Position numbers and translations under genes: made by a program
From: Mobula hypostoma
Taxonomy: Eukaryota
DNA length: 64,000 nt
Direction: 5' to 3'
NCBI RefSeq assembly: GCF_963921235.1
Contig: NC_086097.1
Span: 245,832,001 to 245,896,000, forward strand
In this document: piece after piece, positions 22,835 to 35,949 of the stretch
Numbering within the stretch: position 1 is the first letter of the stretch
How the letters are laid out: every line of letters starts with the position of its first letter
The notes under the pieces: model-generated
Told to the model about the DNA's origin: nothing
Seen by the model: only the letters and a program-made list of their open reading frames with translations
Database searches by the model: none

Positions 22835-23950
22835 CATAAGGCATGGGAGCACAAGTTGGCTATTCGGCCAATCAAGACTGCTCCTGCATTCCATCATGGC
22901 TAATTTCATTATTCCTCTTAACCCTACTCTCTTACCTGGTCCCCAAAGCCATTGAAGCCTTACTAATCAAGAACCTATCAACCCAGCTTTAAATATACCC
23001 AATGAATTGGCCTCCACATCTGTCTGTGTAATGAAATCCACAGATTCACCACCCTGTGGCTAAAGAAATTTCTCCTCATCTCTGTTCTAAAGGGATGTCC
23101 TTCTATTCTGAAGTGGTGCCCTCTGGTCCTAAACTCCCTACTATATGAAACATCCTGTCCACATCCACTCTGGTTAGGCCTTTAGATATTTAATAGGTTT
23201 CAATGAGATTCAACTTCAAGCTTAATTGTCATTCAACCACGCATGCATACCCATGAATACAGCCAAACGAAACTGCGTTACTCTGGGGCCAAGGTACAAA
23301 ACACAGTACCAACAGTCATGCACAGCACAAAGCACATATAGCACATATAAGATAGCAGAAATGTACAGTCACACACACAAAGAGTATGGTTCAAGTCCCT
23401 GAGTCCATGGATATTACAGCAGTCTGCAGTCAAACACAATATAGCAGGTGTTCCACTGAGCAGTTACTAGAGGGCAGCACCGACACCAGCCTTGACGCCA
23501 CGCCACACTGCTTCCAGCACTGACGCTCCTGGACGCTGCAAACAGGTGACACCACGGCTTGAGTTCCTGGCCTTGCTATGACAGGCCACACTGCTCTCCC
23601 ACTGTTTCGCCAGTAAACCGGCCACTCGCGGCATTCTGCACTACCAGTGTCCCAACAGTCTTGAGATCACAAGCAAAGCAACTAAGACAATCACTCGCTA
23701 TTAGACTGCACGCCGCCTACGAGCACGGGCGCCTCTCTGACGCAGGCAGCACCACCATCCACACCAAATCGAACTCCTGCAGTTCCTCTGCCAACGAACA
23801 ACTCGCTGATGAGGTAGACCTGCAGTACTTTTAAGTTCTTAATTCCCCTTTCATTCTTCTAAACTCCCAAGAGTACAGGCCCAGAGCCATCAACCCCTCC
23901 TCACACATTAACACTTTCATTCCCAGAACCGTTCTCATGAACCTTTGGTT
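22835..23950 (-). mobile_element. CR1 3' fragment interrupted by a ~620-bp non-coding repeat (~23210-23835)
   Basis: CR1 3' UTR and ORF2 end on the minus strand stop at ~23210 and resume at ~23845. Confidence 0.65.
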
Positions 23951-25119
23951 ATTATTATTCCATTGGTTGTAATGTGTCAGCAGCCAATCGAAGGACTGGG
24001 ACAGTGATGTATTAATGCAAGCTATTTCATTAAAGTTACTTAAAGATCATTCCGCACTTTTCTTGTGTTGATGCTATTATTGCAGTAGAGACGTTGAGGG
24101 AGACATCAGTCCCATGCCATTGTGTCACAAAATGTTTTTTCGGTTTTTCACTGCTGCAGATCATGGACCCATCCAGGGCTTATTCAAGGTACAAGTTTGT
24201 TTAATGTTATTTCCAGTACAAGTGTGAAGGAGAATGAAATAATTGTTACTCAGGCTCAATAAACACAATAATATCATCATCATCATTATACAACGTGGGC
24301 GATCATGGTCTTTCCAGGACCATGCTCCTGTGGTAGTAACAAGAAGAGGGGCATGTCCTTGTGGTGTGGATCTTGCCTTCTCGATGGCCTCGTTGATGGG
24401 GTGAGGGGGGGTACTGTGCCCATAATGGAGCCTGGCAGAGTCCACAGTCCTCTGCAGCTGTTTTCAATCCTGTCCATTGCAGCTTCCATACCGAGCAATG
24501 ATGCAACCAGTCGGAAAGCTCTCCGTCATACATCAGTAGAAATCTGTCAGTCTTCAGTCTCCTCAAACTCCTCGCAAAATAAAGCCACTGGTGATTGCCC
24601 AGGACAGGTCCTCTGAGATGTTGATGCCCAGGAACGTGAAGCTGCTCACCCTTGATGAGGACTAGTGTGTGTTCTCCTGGCTTCCCCTTCCCGAGGTCCA
24701 CAAATCGATTCCTTGATCTCGCTGATGTTGAGTGCGGGATTACTATTGCAACACCAATCAATTGTGTGATCTGCCTCACCACTGTGCACCTCCTCATCAC
24801 CATCTGATTTTCTACCAACAATAGTCACAGAATTTTTATGGCAGCGGAAGAGACCATTTAGCCCAGTAGATCTGCAGTGAATCCCAGCAGAGCAGCCCTA
24901 TCAAGACCATTGCTCGGGTCCCTGCAAATTATTTTCCTGTAAATGTCCGTCCACTTTTCAAAAACATTGCCTAATTTTATTTCTATCATCCTTACATCTA
25001 CTCTTTTTTGGATTGGAAATAAAATTAAACGGTGCTTTTGAGAAGTGGAACAACATTTACAGTAAAAGATTACATTAAGGAGACTCTGTGTAGAGTATTC
25101 TCTTCCTGTCAAGGCATAC

Positions 25120-25740
25120 GACGTTGCCTTTCCCAGCACCAGCAGGTTCACCTACCTGGGCAGCATCGTTCAGCAGGATGGTGGGACAAGGGACAACTCC
25201 AGTGCAGGCTCATTAGGAGCATCTTCAGATCAATGAGCAACGTGTGGGGATGATCCAAGTACAGCATCCACACCAGGTGAAGCTGTACCAGAGTCTGTTC
25301 TGTCCACACTCTTCTGCGGGTCAGGACGTTGGTGCATGACTGCGAACAACTTTGACGAGCTGTTGTCACTCCACACTGTGAGCCTCTGGAAGATCTTCTG
25401 TATCTTCTGGCCAAGAAAGCTCTCCAAAAGCACCCTGCTCCTTCAGTGTCACCAAGAGGACATGGGCACAATCATCATTAGGAAAAGTTGGGGATGGATT
25501 GAGAATGTGATGAGAAGAGAGGCCAACACCATCATCAAGGCCACATTTCACTGGATCCCTGAAGGACGGAGGAAACATAGGAGACAAAAGACAGCTTGGT
25601 GCCATATCGTAGAGGCAGAAATGAGGACCCTGAACTATACCTGGGGAAATAATAGAGAAAATGGCCAAGGACAGAGAGAGATGGAGGACCTTCATTGGTA
25701 GCCTAAACACCAGCGGCATAACAGACAGTAAGCAATTAAT
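25120..25740 (+). mobile_element. RTE-clade LINE 3' fragment; second copy ~56350-56685
   Basis: FTYLGSIV, ...CIFWPRK..., W.W...VMRRE..., WIPEGRRK...TAW typical of the RTE ORF C-terminus. Confidence 0.75.
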
Positions 25741-26369
25741 CATCCTTACTGTCAAAGATTGAGATTCTAAGTACATTTATTATCAAAATATAAATACAGT
25801 ATGCAGGCTGCACAAAACAGAAATACCATGGAATCCATTTGAAGAAAACATCAAGCACACAACACGCGAAAAAAAGAAAAAATTGCGCAAATGGCCAAAA
25901 GCAAGCAAAAAACACACAGAGTATTAAACATAAAACCACAGTCCTCGAAATGGTCTTGGGGTGATCAGTTTTGTTCGATTCAGTTCAGTTTACAGCTGTG
26001 TTGTTCATTGACTGCAGACAGCGGAGCCAGACCGTGCTGAAGCATCCCGATCAAGTCACGCAAAATAGTGGGAAAAGAGTAACCAGAATCCAGAAACATG
26101 TGGAGTGTGAACCACAGGGTCCTCTAAAAAAGAGCCCACCGCCACAAGCTTTGCCAATCAAACCTCGCCCAAAATCCAAGACTCCTGCACCTCCCTCCCG
26201 CAGCGCAAGCAAGGGGGAGGAGACTGGGCAAACTCAGGCGGGCGGTGAACGTCTGCTCACCTTCTGCTCTCATCCTTATTGATTTTAATCTTACTCAAAA
26301 CTTTCATTGCCAAGGAGTAATGGACTCAATTCTGTGTTTACGCTCTGCCTTTCGGCCGTATACTCAGAT

Positions 26370-27260
26370 TCAGAATCAGGTTTAATATCGCTGGCATATG
26401 GCATGAAATTTGTTAACTTTGCGGCAGCAGTACAATGCAATACATGATAATATAGAAAAAATAAGTAAGTAAATCAATTACAGTAAGTGTTAAATAGTTA
26501 AATTAAAAATAGTGCAAAAACAGTCATAATAAAAGTGAGGTAGTGTTCATGGAATCATTGTCCATTTAGGAATCAGATGGCAGAGGGGAAGAAGCTGTTC
26601 CTGAATCACTGAGTGTGTGTCTTCAGGCTTCTGTACCTCCTTCCTGACTATAAGAATGAGAACAGTGCATGTCTTGGGTGTTGGCGTCCTTAGTGATGGA
26701 CGCCACCTTTCTGAGGCATCGCTCCTTGAAGATGTCCTGGAAACTATGGAGGCTAGTACCCAAGACAGAGCTGACTAATTTTACAACTCCCTATAGCTTC
26801 TTTCAATCCTGTGCAGTATGCACCCCCCCCCCCAATACCAGACAGTGATGTAGCCTGCCACAATGTTCCCCATGGTGCATCTGTAGAAGTTTTTGAGTGT
26901 TTAGATGACAAACCAAATTTCCTCAAACACCTAATGAAGTATAGCTGCTGTCTTGCCTTTATAACTGCATCGATATGTTAGGATCAGGTTAGATCCTCAG
27001 AAATCTTGACACCCAGGAACTTGAAATTGCTCACTCTCTCCACTCCTGATCCCTCTATGAGGATTAGTTTGTGTTCCCTTGTCTTACCCTTCCTGAAGTC
27101 CACAATCAGCTCTTTGGTCTTACTGACATTGAGTGCCAGGTTGTTGCTGCGACACCACTCAACCAGCTGGTATATCTCACTCCTGTACTTCCTTTCATCA
27201 CCATCTGAGATTCTGCCAACAATGGTTGTATCAGCAAATTTATAGATAACACTTCAATCT
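26370..27260 (-). mobile_element. Decayed Rex1/Babar-like LINE fragment; related pieces at ~12930-13310, 13840-14210, 24300-24830, 56690-57050 and 60500-60850
   Basis: Minus strand encodes ADTTIVGRI...NNLALNVSKTKELIVDFRK-like RT C-terminus; shared 3' UTR. Confidence 0.6.
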
Positions 27261-28769
27261 TGCTCTCAAACTCATCATATTCCCCCAGAGACAGCAAAAG
27301 CACCAGATTGCTCAGTCGTCCCAAAAACACATCATCAGAATGTAAATCACAAGCTCCAATCGCACACAGATTAGAAGTATTCCTGTTGACTGCTACTCTC
27401 TGCACTGTATTCCTTTGCATCACTTTGCATATTTGGTCTATAAATTCACTCCTGTTCTGTATAATCCTTGAACCATCTAATCCCGGGATTATTTTACCCT
27501 CTACTCTATCCAAACCAGTCAGATCTTGTACACCTTTCAGATTCAGTTCCAGGTTTATTTGTCACGTGTACATCGAAACATAGAGTGAAATGCGTCATTT
27601 GTGCGAACAATTAACACAGCTGAGGGTGTGCTGGAGGCAGCCCACAAGTGTCGCCACACATTCCAATGCCGACATAGCATACCCACAATGCTCGGCAGAA
27701 TGGCACAGAACACAACAACAGCAAAACCAGCTTTTCCTCTCTCCTTCCCACACACACAGACACACACGGACATAGTCAGACCTTCATTAAAACACCAGTC
27801 ACCCTTCTTGGGTCTGAGGAGCTGCTCTTGGGAAGATAAAAGATTTTCAATGGCATATGACTGAAAGAAAACAGTGTTATGGAATTAAATGTCCAGTAAA
27901 TAAAATGGAGATTGGAACATAACACACAGAAAAGATGAAACCTTTTAATTTTCTCTCCATCTCATTTGAAATATTTACAAGATATCAGTGAAGCCTAAAA
28001 TAATCAACACATAAGATTCTGCAGGAAGTCCAGAGTAAAACACAAAGTGCCAGAGGAACAGGTCAGACAGCATCGGCGGAAATGAATAATGAGGTGATGT
28101 TCTGAGCTGAGATCCGTCATCAGGACCCAGTGCTGTCCACAGATGCTGCCCGACCTGCTGAGTTCCTCCAGCACTTTGTGTGTGATGTCTGAAATAACCC
28201 CAACTTGGATTTTACATGTGATTGCTAACAGCATTAACATCAGCGTAGGAGACGTTAATAGGAAAGGTTAGCCGCTTTTACAGGCCGGGACGTTCTGGAG
28301 TTCAGAGTTCAATCGCGGCGCCGTTCTGTAGGGAGTCTCTGTACTCGTGATCACTGTCAATTGCCTGTGATTAGGTTAGCGTTAATTGGGTTTGCTGGGG
28401 GGTGCTGGGACAGCATGGCTCGAAGGGCCAGAAGGGCCCACTCCGGGCTGTATCGCTAACTAACAAACAGAATAAATATTACCACAGATTGCCTTCATCG
28501 TGTGCTTCTGCCTACAGTTTCTGCTATGATTTGCTATTTAACCAACGTGCTCTGACTTGCCTTCTGTAAGACCTAGCTTCGCAGTTACTCTGATACAGCA
28601 CTTTAAGGAGCAAACATTCCAGAGGGCGAGAAGGGGACACGGCAAAGTGGAATCCAAGAGATTGTGTGAATACCCTAAGGGTATCCAGGGAAAGATCAAT
28701 GGATCAGTGAGGATCCATAGGCAATTCCAAATGAACTTTTCTGAACTGTATTTACCGTGGAGAGGAGTC

Positions 28770-29435
28770 ATAGAGCCCTACAGCATGGAAACAGGCCCTT
28801 CAGCCCATTTAGTCCATGCTAACTCGTTCTGTGTAGTCCCATTGACCAGGACCAGAGCCCTCCATACCCCTCCCATCCAAATACCTATCCAAACCTTGCT
28901 TAAGCATTGAAGTCACCCACCACTTCTACTGGCAGCTCGTTCCACACTCTCATGATCCTCTGAGTGAAGAAGATTCCCCCTTAGATGTTTCACCTCTCAC
29001 CCTTAACCCTCTACCTCGAGTCTCAGCCAACCTCAGTGCTTGCATTTTCTCCCTCATAATTTTGCATTGAGCGATAAAGCTGAGGGTAATCAAATCTCCT
29101 CTCATTCTCCTACACCCCAGTGAATAAAAGTCCCAACCTATCCAACCTTCCCTTATAATTCAGGTCCTTAAGTCCCGGCAACAATTTTGTAAATTTTCTC
29201 TGCACTTTTTCAATTTTACTAATATCTTCCCTGTAGGTAGGTGACCAAAACTGCACACAATACTCCACATCAGGCCTTACCAATGTCTCGTACAATTTCA
29301 ACATAAGATCCCATCTCTACTCAATATGTTGATTTGTGAAGGTCGTTGAGCCAAATCTTCCTTTACAACCCTCTCTACCTGTGACGCCACTTTCAAAGAA
29401 TTATGGACCTGTATTCCCATATCCCTCTGTTTTTG
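28770..29435 (-). mobile_element. CR1 3' fragment
   Basis: LYETLVRPDVEYCVQFWSP... Confidence 0.8.
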
Positions 29436-30005
29436 CATATTGGTTATTATCTGTCCCGTTGGGTGCAGTCAATCATTGATTCTGTTGTGTTTCTTGCCTT
29501 TACTGTGAATGCCTACAAGAAAATGAATCTCAGGGTTGTATATGATGATATATATGTACTTTGATAATACAGTTACTTTGAACTTTGTGCCCAACCCGCC
29601 GACTTCCCCTGGCAATTCATTCCAGGTTTCACTACCATCTGCAGTTACTCTCAGTACTACAGCTGTCAGTCACAGAGTCATACATTACAGCACAGAAGCA
29701 GGCACTTCGGCCCATCTAGTCCATGCTGAAATATTGGTCTTCATAGTCCTATCAATGTGCAAACAGACCATAGCCCTCCGTACCCCATCCATCCATCTAT
29801 CCAAATTTCTCTCACACCCACATCCACCACTTCCGCTGGCAGCTCGTTCTGCATTCTCACTACCCTCTGAGTGGAGAAGTTCTTCCTCACGTGTAAGTTT
29901 CCAGCTCCCTGAAAGTGGTAACATAATAATTTAGGATGATAAAGAATGCGTAACACATACCTAAATTATTACAAATGTGTTGCTAAAGAAGGTAACATTC
30001 TGGAC

Positions 30006-30639
30006 CACTGTTCCCTCTAAGCTGTGCAGGTGCATGGCCTCGCTGTAGCTAAAATGCTCCCATGCACATAGCCTTTGTTGCCACACAGCTGGAATTTTCT
30101 TTTATATAATGTTAATACAATTTTGAAATTATGTTATTATAACTTTGGAATTATGCTAATATAATTTTGAAATCTATGTTAATTGTGAACTACCCTGTAG
30201 TTAATTGTGTTAATGAACATAATCCAAAAATGTTCTAAATAAAAATGTATCACAGACTTCGAAACATTTTAGAGTTTTTTACATTTACAGAGTCAGTGTT
30301 TCAAGTTACAACATTGTTAAAAAATTGTAACAATAAGAACAGAATGGAAGTTGGTAGCACATGGTTAATAAACCGCCTGCCTGCTGAACATGGATGTCGT
30401 CCAAGTTTAAAAGTTTGTGGAACATGGAAGATTTTCTTGGTTGTACTGTACTTCACTATATCTTTGATTAATAAATAAAATCAAAAGTGTGTGATTTTTC
30501 AATTTCATTCTAAATATTCAGAGTATGCATATTACCAACAAAGTGTTTAAAATGCCATGCAATTTTCAGGCTCTGTAAAACTTTCCTGCTCAGAGCAATG
30601 GTTGGTCCGCACAACTGTAAAAAAAAATTAGATGGAATG
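30006..30639. mobile_element. Non-autonomous hAT element (copy 2)
   Basis: Perfect 8-bp TSD TTCTGGAC at 29998-30005 and 30640-30647; terminus CACTGTTCCCTCTAA with degenerate inverse ttagatggaatg. Confidence 0.8.
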
Positions 30640-31139
30640 TTCTGGACCATGCTACAGCCCGACTAAAGACACCACATCCTGTGCTCCCACACTTCCCACC
30701 CAAGAACATTCTGACAATGCTATGATTCAGTTCATCCCTGCTGTTCTCACTGGAGTTTAGAACAATGAGGTGTGATCTCATTGAAACTTACTGAACATTG
30801 TAATGTTATTCATCACAAACGAGTGCAGATGTTGGAATCCAGAGTGATGGATTTCAACAATAATATTACATTGTATTCCCGCACTCAATCGACTTTAGAA
30901 GAATGGGGGTGGGGGGGGGTACCGGATATTGAAGGGTCTAGAACAGTGTTTCCCAACAGGGTGGTACCACCCCCAAGGGCTCAGTCACATATCCTAAGGG
31001 GCGTTAGGAAGATAGAAGTCATCAGGGGGCGTTTAAGATTCTTTGGGGTGGCGGTAAGCGGCACCCCAATTTGAGGCACAAGACCTAACCGACCGTTAGT
31101 AGAGCAGGCACTTCCAAAAAATAAGGATGAGGCATTGTA

Positions 31140-32115
31140 ATATAGGAAACGTAGAAAAACTACAGCACAATACAGGCCCTTTGGCCCACAATGCTGTGCC
31201 AAACATGTACTTACTTTAGAAATTACTGAGGGTTACCCATAGCCCTCTATTTTTCTAAGCTCCATGTACCTATCCAGGAGTCTCTTAAAAGACCCCACTG
31301 TATCCGTCTCCACCACTGCCACCAGCAGTGCATTCCATACACTCACCACTCTCTGCGTAAAAAACTTACCCCTGATATCTCCTCTGTACCTACTTCCAAT
31401 CATCGTAAAACTGCGCCCTCTCATGCTAGCCATTTCAGCCCTGGAAAAGAGCCTCTGACTATCCACACAATGAATGCCTCTCATCATCTTATACACCTCT
31501 ATCAGGTCACCTCTCATTCTCCGCCACTCCAAGGAGAAAAGGCCAAGTTCACTCAACCTATTCTCATAAGGCATGCTCCCCAATCCAGACAACATCCTTG
31601 TAAGCCTCCTCTGCACCATTTCTATAGTTTCCACATCCTTCCTGTAGTGAGGTGACCAGAACTGAGCACAGTACTCCAAGTGGGGTCTGACCAGGGTCCT
31701 CTGTAGCTGCAACATTACCTCTTGGCTCTTAAACTCCGTCCCTTGGTTGATGAAGGCCCATGCACCGTATGCCTTCTTAACCACAAAGTCAACCTGTGCA
31801 GCAGCTTTGAGTGCCCTATGGACTCAGACCCCAAGATCCCTCTGATCCTCCACACTGCCAAGAGTCTTACCATTAATACTATATTCTGCCATCATATTTG
31901 ACCTACCAAAATGAACCACCTCACATTTATTTGGGTTGAACTCCATCTGCCACTTCTCAGCCCAGTTTTGCATCCTATCAATGTCCCACTGTAACATCTG
32001 ACAGCCCTCCACGCTATCCACAACACCCCCAACCTTTGTGACATCAGAAAATTTACTAACCCATCCCTGCACTTCCTCATCTAGCTCATTTATTAAAATC
32101 ACAAAGAGAAGAACC
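31140..32115 (-). mobile_element. CR1 3' ~1 kb nested inside the hAT element
   Basis: ORFs 31233-31784 and 31824-32138 are CR1 RT C-terminal pieces. Confidence 0.88.
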
Positions 32116-32769
32116 ATTGCTCTGCAGGCAGTGATCACTCATAGTCACAACGTGTCTGAAAATTGGCAACCTCATCTGACTTTACCAACCAAACAGACAT
32201 TATTGGGGATGCATAAATTATCAACCAGCGCGCCCAACAGTTCCCCTTGACTTGCAGCATGGAATGAATTCATGCAACTTAACAGTCGGTAAGTCGAGTA
32301 CACCCTCTCAACTTTCTCTACAGATCTATGGAAAATAGGTCACGCAACAATGCAGCGCTGGCCGTAACCAAATGGTGAAATAGAGCCAATCAATGAACTT
32401 ACTGAAGGTGAGAATTCCTGTTGAGGTGTTGGAAACAACCTTGGCTTCATACATACAGTTAAAAACACCTTTGGGGATTCTGAGACACTACATGATTGTT
32501 CAATTGTGCTAACTGAAACAGTTAAAGGTAATTTGCCAAACACCAGTTCCCTCCCAAATAACATTCAGATTCCAATCTGAATCCTTGTCAACGTAAATTT
32601 TGCTGTTGTGATCATCTTCATCTTCGCCTCGCTGTTCCTTTGCATGCTGCTATCATCATTCCATCCGCGTCAAGTTGCTGCTATTGTCAACATCCAATAA
32701 GCATTCCCAGATTGTGTTAATTTTTTATTTCATTAATGATGGATAAATACATATGGTGTGATCTCTATG

Positions 32770-34680
32770 AGTCTGAAGGTGGTGACGCCCTGAATTCTAA
32801 TCCTGCTAAAAAACAGAAACTACAGAAAGTGCATCAATACAATGTCACATACTTGGAGTATGGTTTTCTTCTGTTCCTGTCAGATCGGTGACACGCCATG
32901 TGTCTTATTTGTAATAGTGTATTGTCTAATGAAGCCGTGAAACCATCGAGATTGCTGGAACACTTCTGTAAAAGACAGCCTGAAAAAGCTACTCAGTTCC
33001 AGAAGATTAAAGAAGCATTTGAAAGGCGTTACACACTTGAGTCATTTGCCAAGAAAGCTAAAAATAACCTTGATAGTGGTCTCATTGCTTCTTATAAAAT
33101 CTCCAAAATGATAGCAAAGTGTGGAAAATCTCAGTCAACTGGTGAAAGATTAATAATGCCTGCTGCATCTTGCTGTATCACTGTTCTCAAATGGATACCA
33201 GTATTTTAAAATCAATGCCTCTGAGTAATAACTCTGTAGCCTATCATATTGGCAAAATGAGTGAAGACAAGTCAACTATGCACAGAGCTACAAAAAAACA
33301 AAATTTGGGATACAACTAGATGAGTCAACTGTGTGAGACAATGAGGTATTGCTAATGTACGGTTTATCAAAAATGGAAAAGTTTATGAAGAGATTCTCTT
33401 TGTAAAAATTTAAAAACAAGTATCAATGGGGAATCAATCTACAACAAGCTCAAAATGTATATTGAGTATAAAAGTATTCCAATCAAGAACATAAACAAGA
33501 GAAAATCTGCAGATGCTGGAAACCCATGCAAAATGCTGGAGGAACTCAGCAGATGAGCCAGCATTTACGGAAAAGTGTACAATCAATGTTTTGGGCGGAG
33601 CCCCTTCAACGGGACTGCATTACAGGACAGGACTGATTCGGAATATAATTTCTTGTCAAACAGATGGAGCGCCATATATGACAGGTCACCATGCTGGTTT
33701 AGTGACATTTATGATAAAAGAAATTCCAAGTCTGTTTGCAATCCATTGTGTAATTCATTGTCAACATCTCGCAGCCAAAAACTTCAGCCATTGACTTTCT
33801 TCAAGCATGACTCTTGTAATATTTGCTATCAACAAAATTAATGCTCTTACATTAAATGGCAGAATATTTCACCAGTTATGCCAAGATAACGATGAAGAGT
33901 TTGAACACTTGCTTCTTCACACTGAAGTGTGTTGGCTGTCAAAAGGCTGCTGCTTAAAATGTTTCTTTGATCTTTTTGACACTGTGGTTAAATTTTTGCT
34001 CAAAGTTGACAAGAGCCTGGGAACAAGGTTGAACCTCTCCATGGAGATGTGGTATTCCGAGCTGATCTGTGTGATAAAATGAACATTCTAAATATGAAAC
34101 TGCAGGGTGAAAATTTCAATTTAATCCAGGCAAAAAGTGCAGTGTCCACTTTTATTGGAAAATTGGAAATATATCAGCAAAACATTGGGAGTAGAAAGTT
34201 CTCACAGTTTCCCTGCATGGAAAATATGGCATTCTCTTTCACAGATGGTGATTTGCAAGAGTACTGTTTACACCTGTAGTCACTGAAGAAAGATTTTCAG
34301 AATCAATTCAAAGAAATTCTGTACTGGGTAATTAACCCATTTCTTTACAAGGTGGAAGAACAGGAAGAGAGCTTGCAAGAAGAAATTATTGAAATTCAGA
34401 ATGATGAAGAAGCAAAAAAGTTTTTCCAAAAATGTCAGCTTTTGTGGTATGTAGCTACACTGTCATACAAAGTTTCCTGGTCTTTGGAGAAGAGCCAAGC
34501 TGCTCTTCATTGCATTTCCATCCTCCTACCTTGTTGAAAGAGGCTTCAAGTGCAGTGAACCACAAACTCACAAAAGACAAGAGACCACTTGGACATTGTT
34601 ACGTGTGGGGACTTAAGGCTTTTGGTGTCACAACTTGAACCAGATATTTCAACGCTTGAAGCTCAAGGATCACGTTGATA
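32770..34680 (+). pseudogene. Buster/Charlie-type (ZBED5/SCAND3-like) hAT transposase pseudogene
   Basis: Frameshifted motifs: BED-like CLICNSVLSNEAVKPSRL..H, IQLDEST, TDGAPYMTG, IHCVIH.QHLAAK, LLLHTEVCWLSKG, FPSSYLVERGF. Confidence 0.88.
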
Positions 34681-35949
34681 TCAAAGCTGCTGTACAGTGC
34701 ACAGGTACTGAATAAGCTAGGTTTAAAGACAAATAAAAATTTAAAGCAGAATTATTTTTCTTATGTTAGCATATGGTAGACATGTTTTTACACAATGGGG
34801 GCGCCAGACAGTATGTTGTGCCCAAGAGGGCCATTGGCAAGTATGAAAGTGCTTTAGGGGGCATTGGAATAAAAAAGCTTGGGAAACACTGGTCTAGATC
34901 AAATGGATGTGGAGAGGATGTATGGGGGAGTCTAGGACCAGTGGGCTCAGTCTCGGAATAGAAGGACATTACTTTAGAACAGAGATTAGGAGGAACTTCC
35001 TTAGCCACAGGGCAGTTATTCTGTGGAATTCATTCCTACAAATGCTGTGGAGGCCACATTATTGAGTATACTTAAAGTAGAAGTTGGTAAGTTCTTGATT
35101 AACCAGGGTGTCAAAGGTTAGAGGGAAAAGACAGCAGAAAGGGGTTGAGAGGGATAATAAATCAGCCATGATGGAATGGTGAAGCAGACTCGATGGGCTG
35201 ATTGGCCTAATTCTGCTCCTATGCCTTACCAGTCCTATGGTCTTACATAGGCAAAATCTGAAAGCAGTAAAGCCCACTAATAACGTGGTAAATATATGGT
35301 CTGAGATACTAAGAGATACCATGAGATTGCTTTGATTCAACTGATTGTAATATATTTGAACTGGTACTGACAGCACTGATGAAAGCACTGACATAGTTAC
35401 TTCCTACATCTGCTTTTGTGAAGGTTCCTCCATCACAGTAGCACAGTGGCTAGTGTAACACTATTACAGTGAGCGCCGCAGTCTGTAAGGAGTTTGTACG
35501 TTCTCCCCGTGAACACGTGGATTTCCTCCGGGTTCTCTGGTTGCCTCCCATGTCCCAAAGGTGTACGGACTAGTAGATTAATTGGTCACATGGATGTAAT
35601 TGGGCGGTGCAGGTTTGTTGAGCCAGAGGGGCCTGTTACTAAATTAAATACAAGATAAATCCCCACTAAAGCAAGATCCAGAATCAGGACTGAGAAGGGA
35701 GTTAGCCAGTGCAGAGAGCAGAAGGGGAGTGGCAAGACCGGTGACTGATGGTCTGAAGAGGGGGCGGTGCGGGGAGACTGTCTGGCAAATGATCATTGAA
35801 GGCAAATGGAGAGGGAAGGAAGAAGAGAAAAGCACGGTGAAATAGATGGAGCCAGTTAATGGAGGGACGGATTGTGAAGGTTGGAAGCAGCTGCTGGAGG
35901 GAGATTAGACAATAAGACATGGGAGCAGAAAAAGTACTGGAAGCCGATG

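Larger units (their letters stand above)
30944..34891 (+). mobile_element. Full-length decayed hAT transposon, Buster/Charlie type
   Basis: Perfect 13-bp TIRs CAGTGTTTCCCAA (30944-30956) / TTGGGAAACACTG (34879-34891). 8-bp TSD GTCTAGAA / GTCTAGAT (7 of 8). Splits a CR1 3' fragment. Confidence 0.9.

Noticed and set aside
23461..23480. Second CTCF-like motif (ttactagagggcagc)
   Set aside because: Mismatches at the conserved CC positions and located inside an interspersed repeat.
32770..34680. Domesticated ZBED/SCAND-type host gene
   Set aside because: Many stops and frameshifts, an internal insertion, and intact TIRs/TSD show it is a dead transposon.
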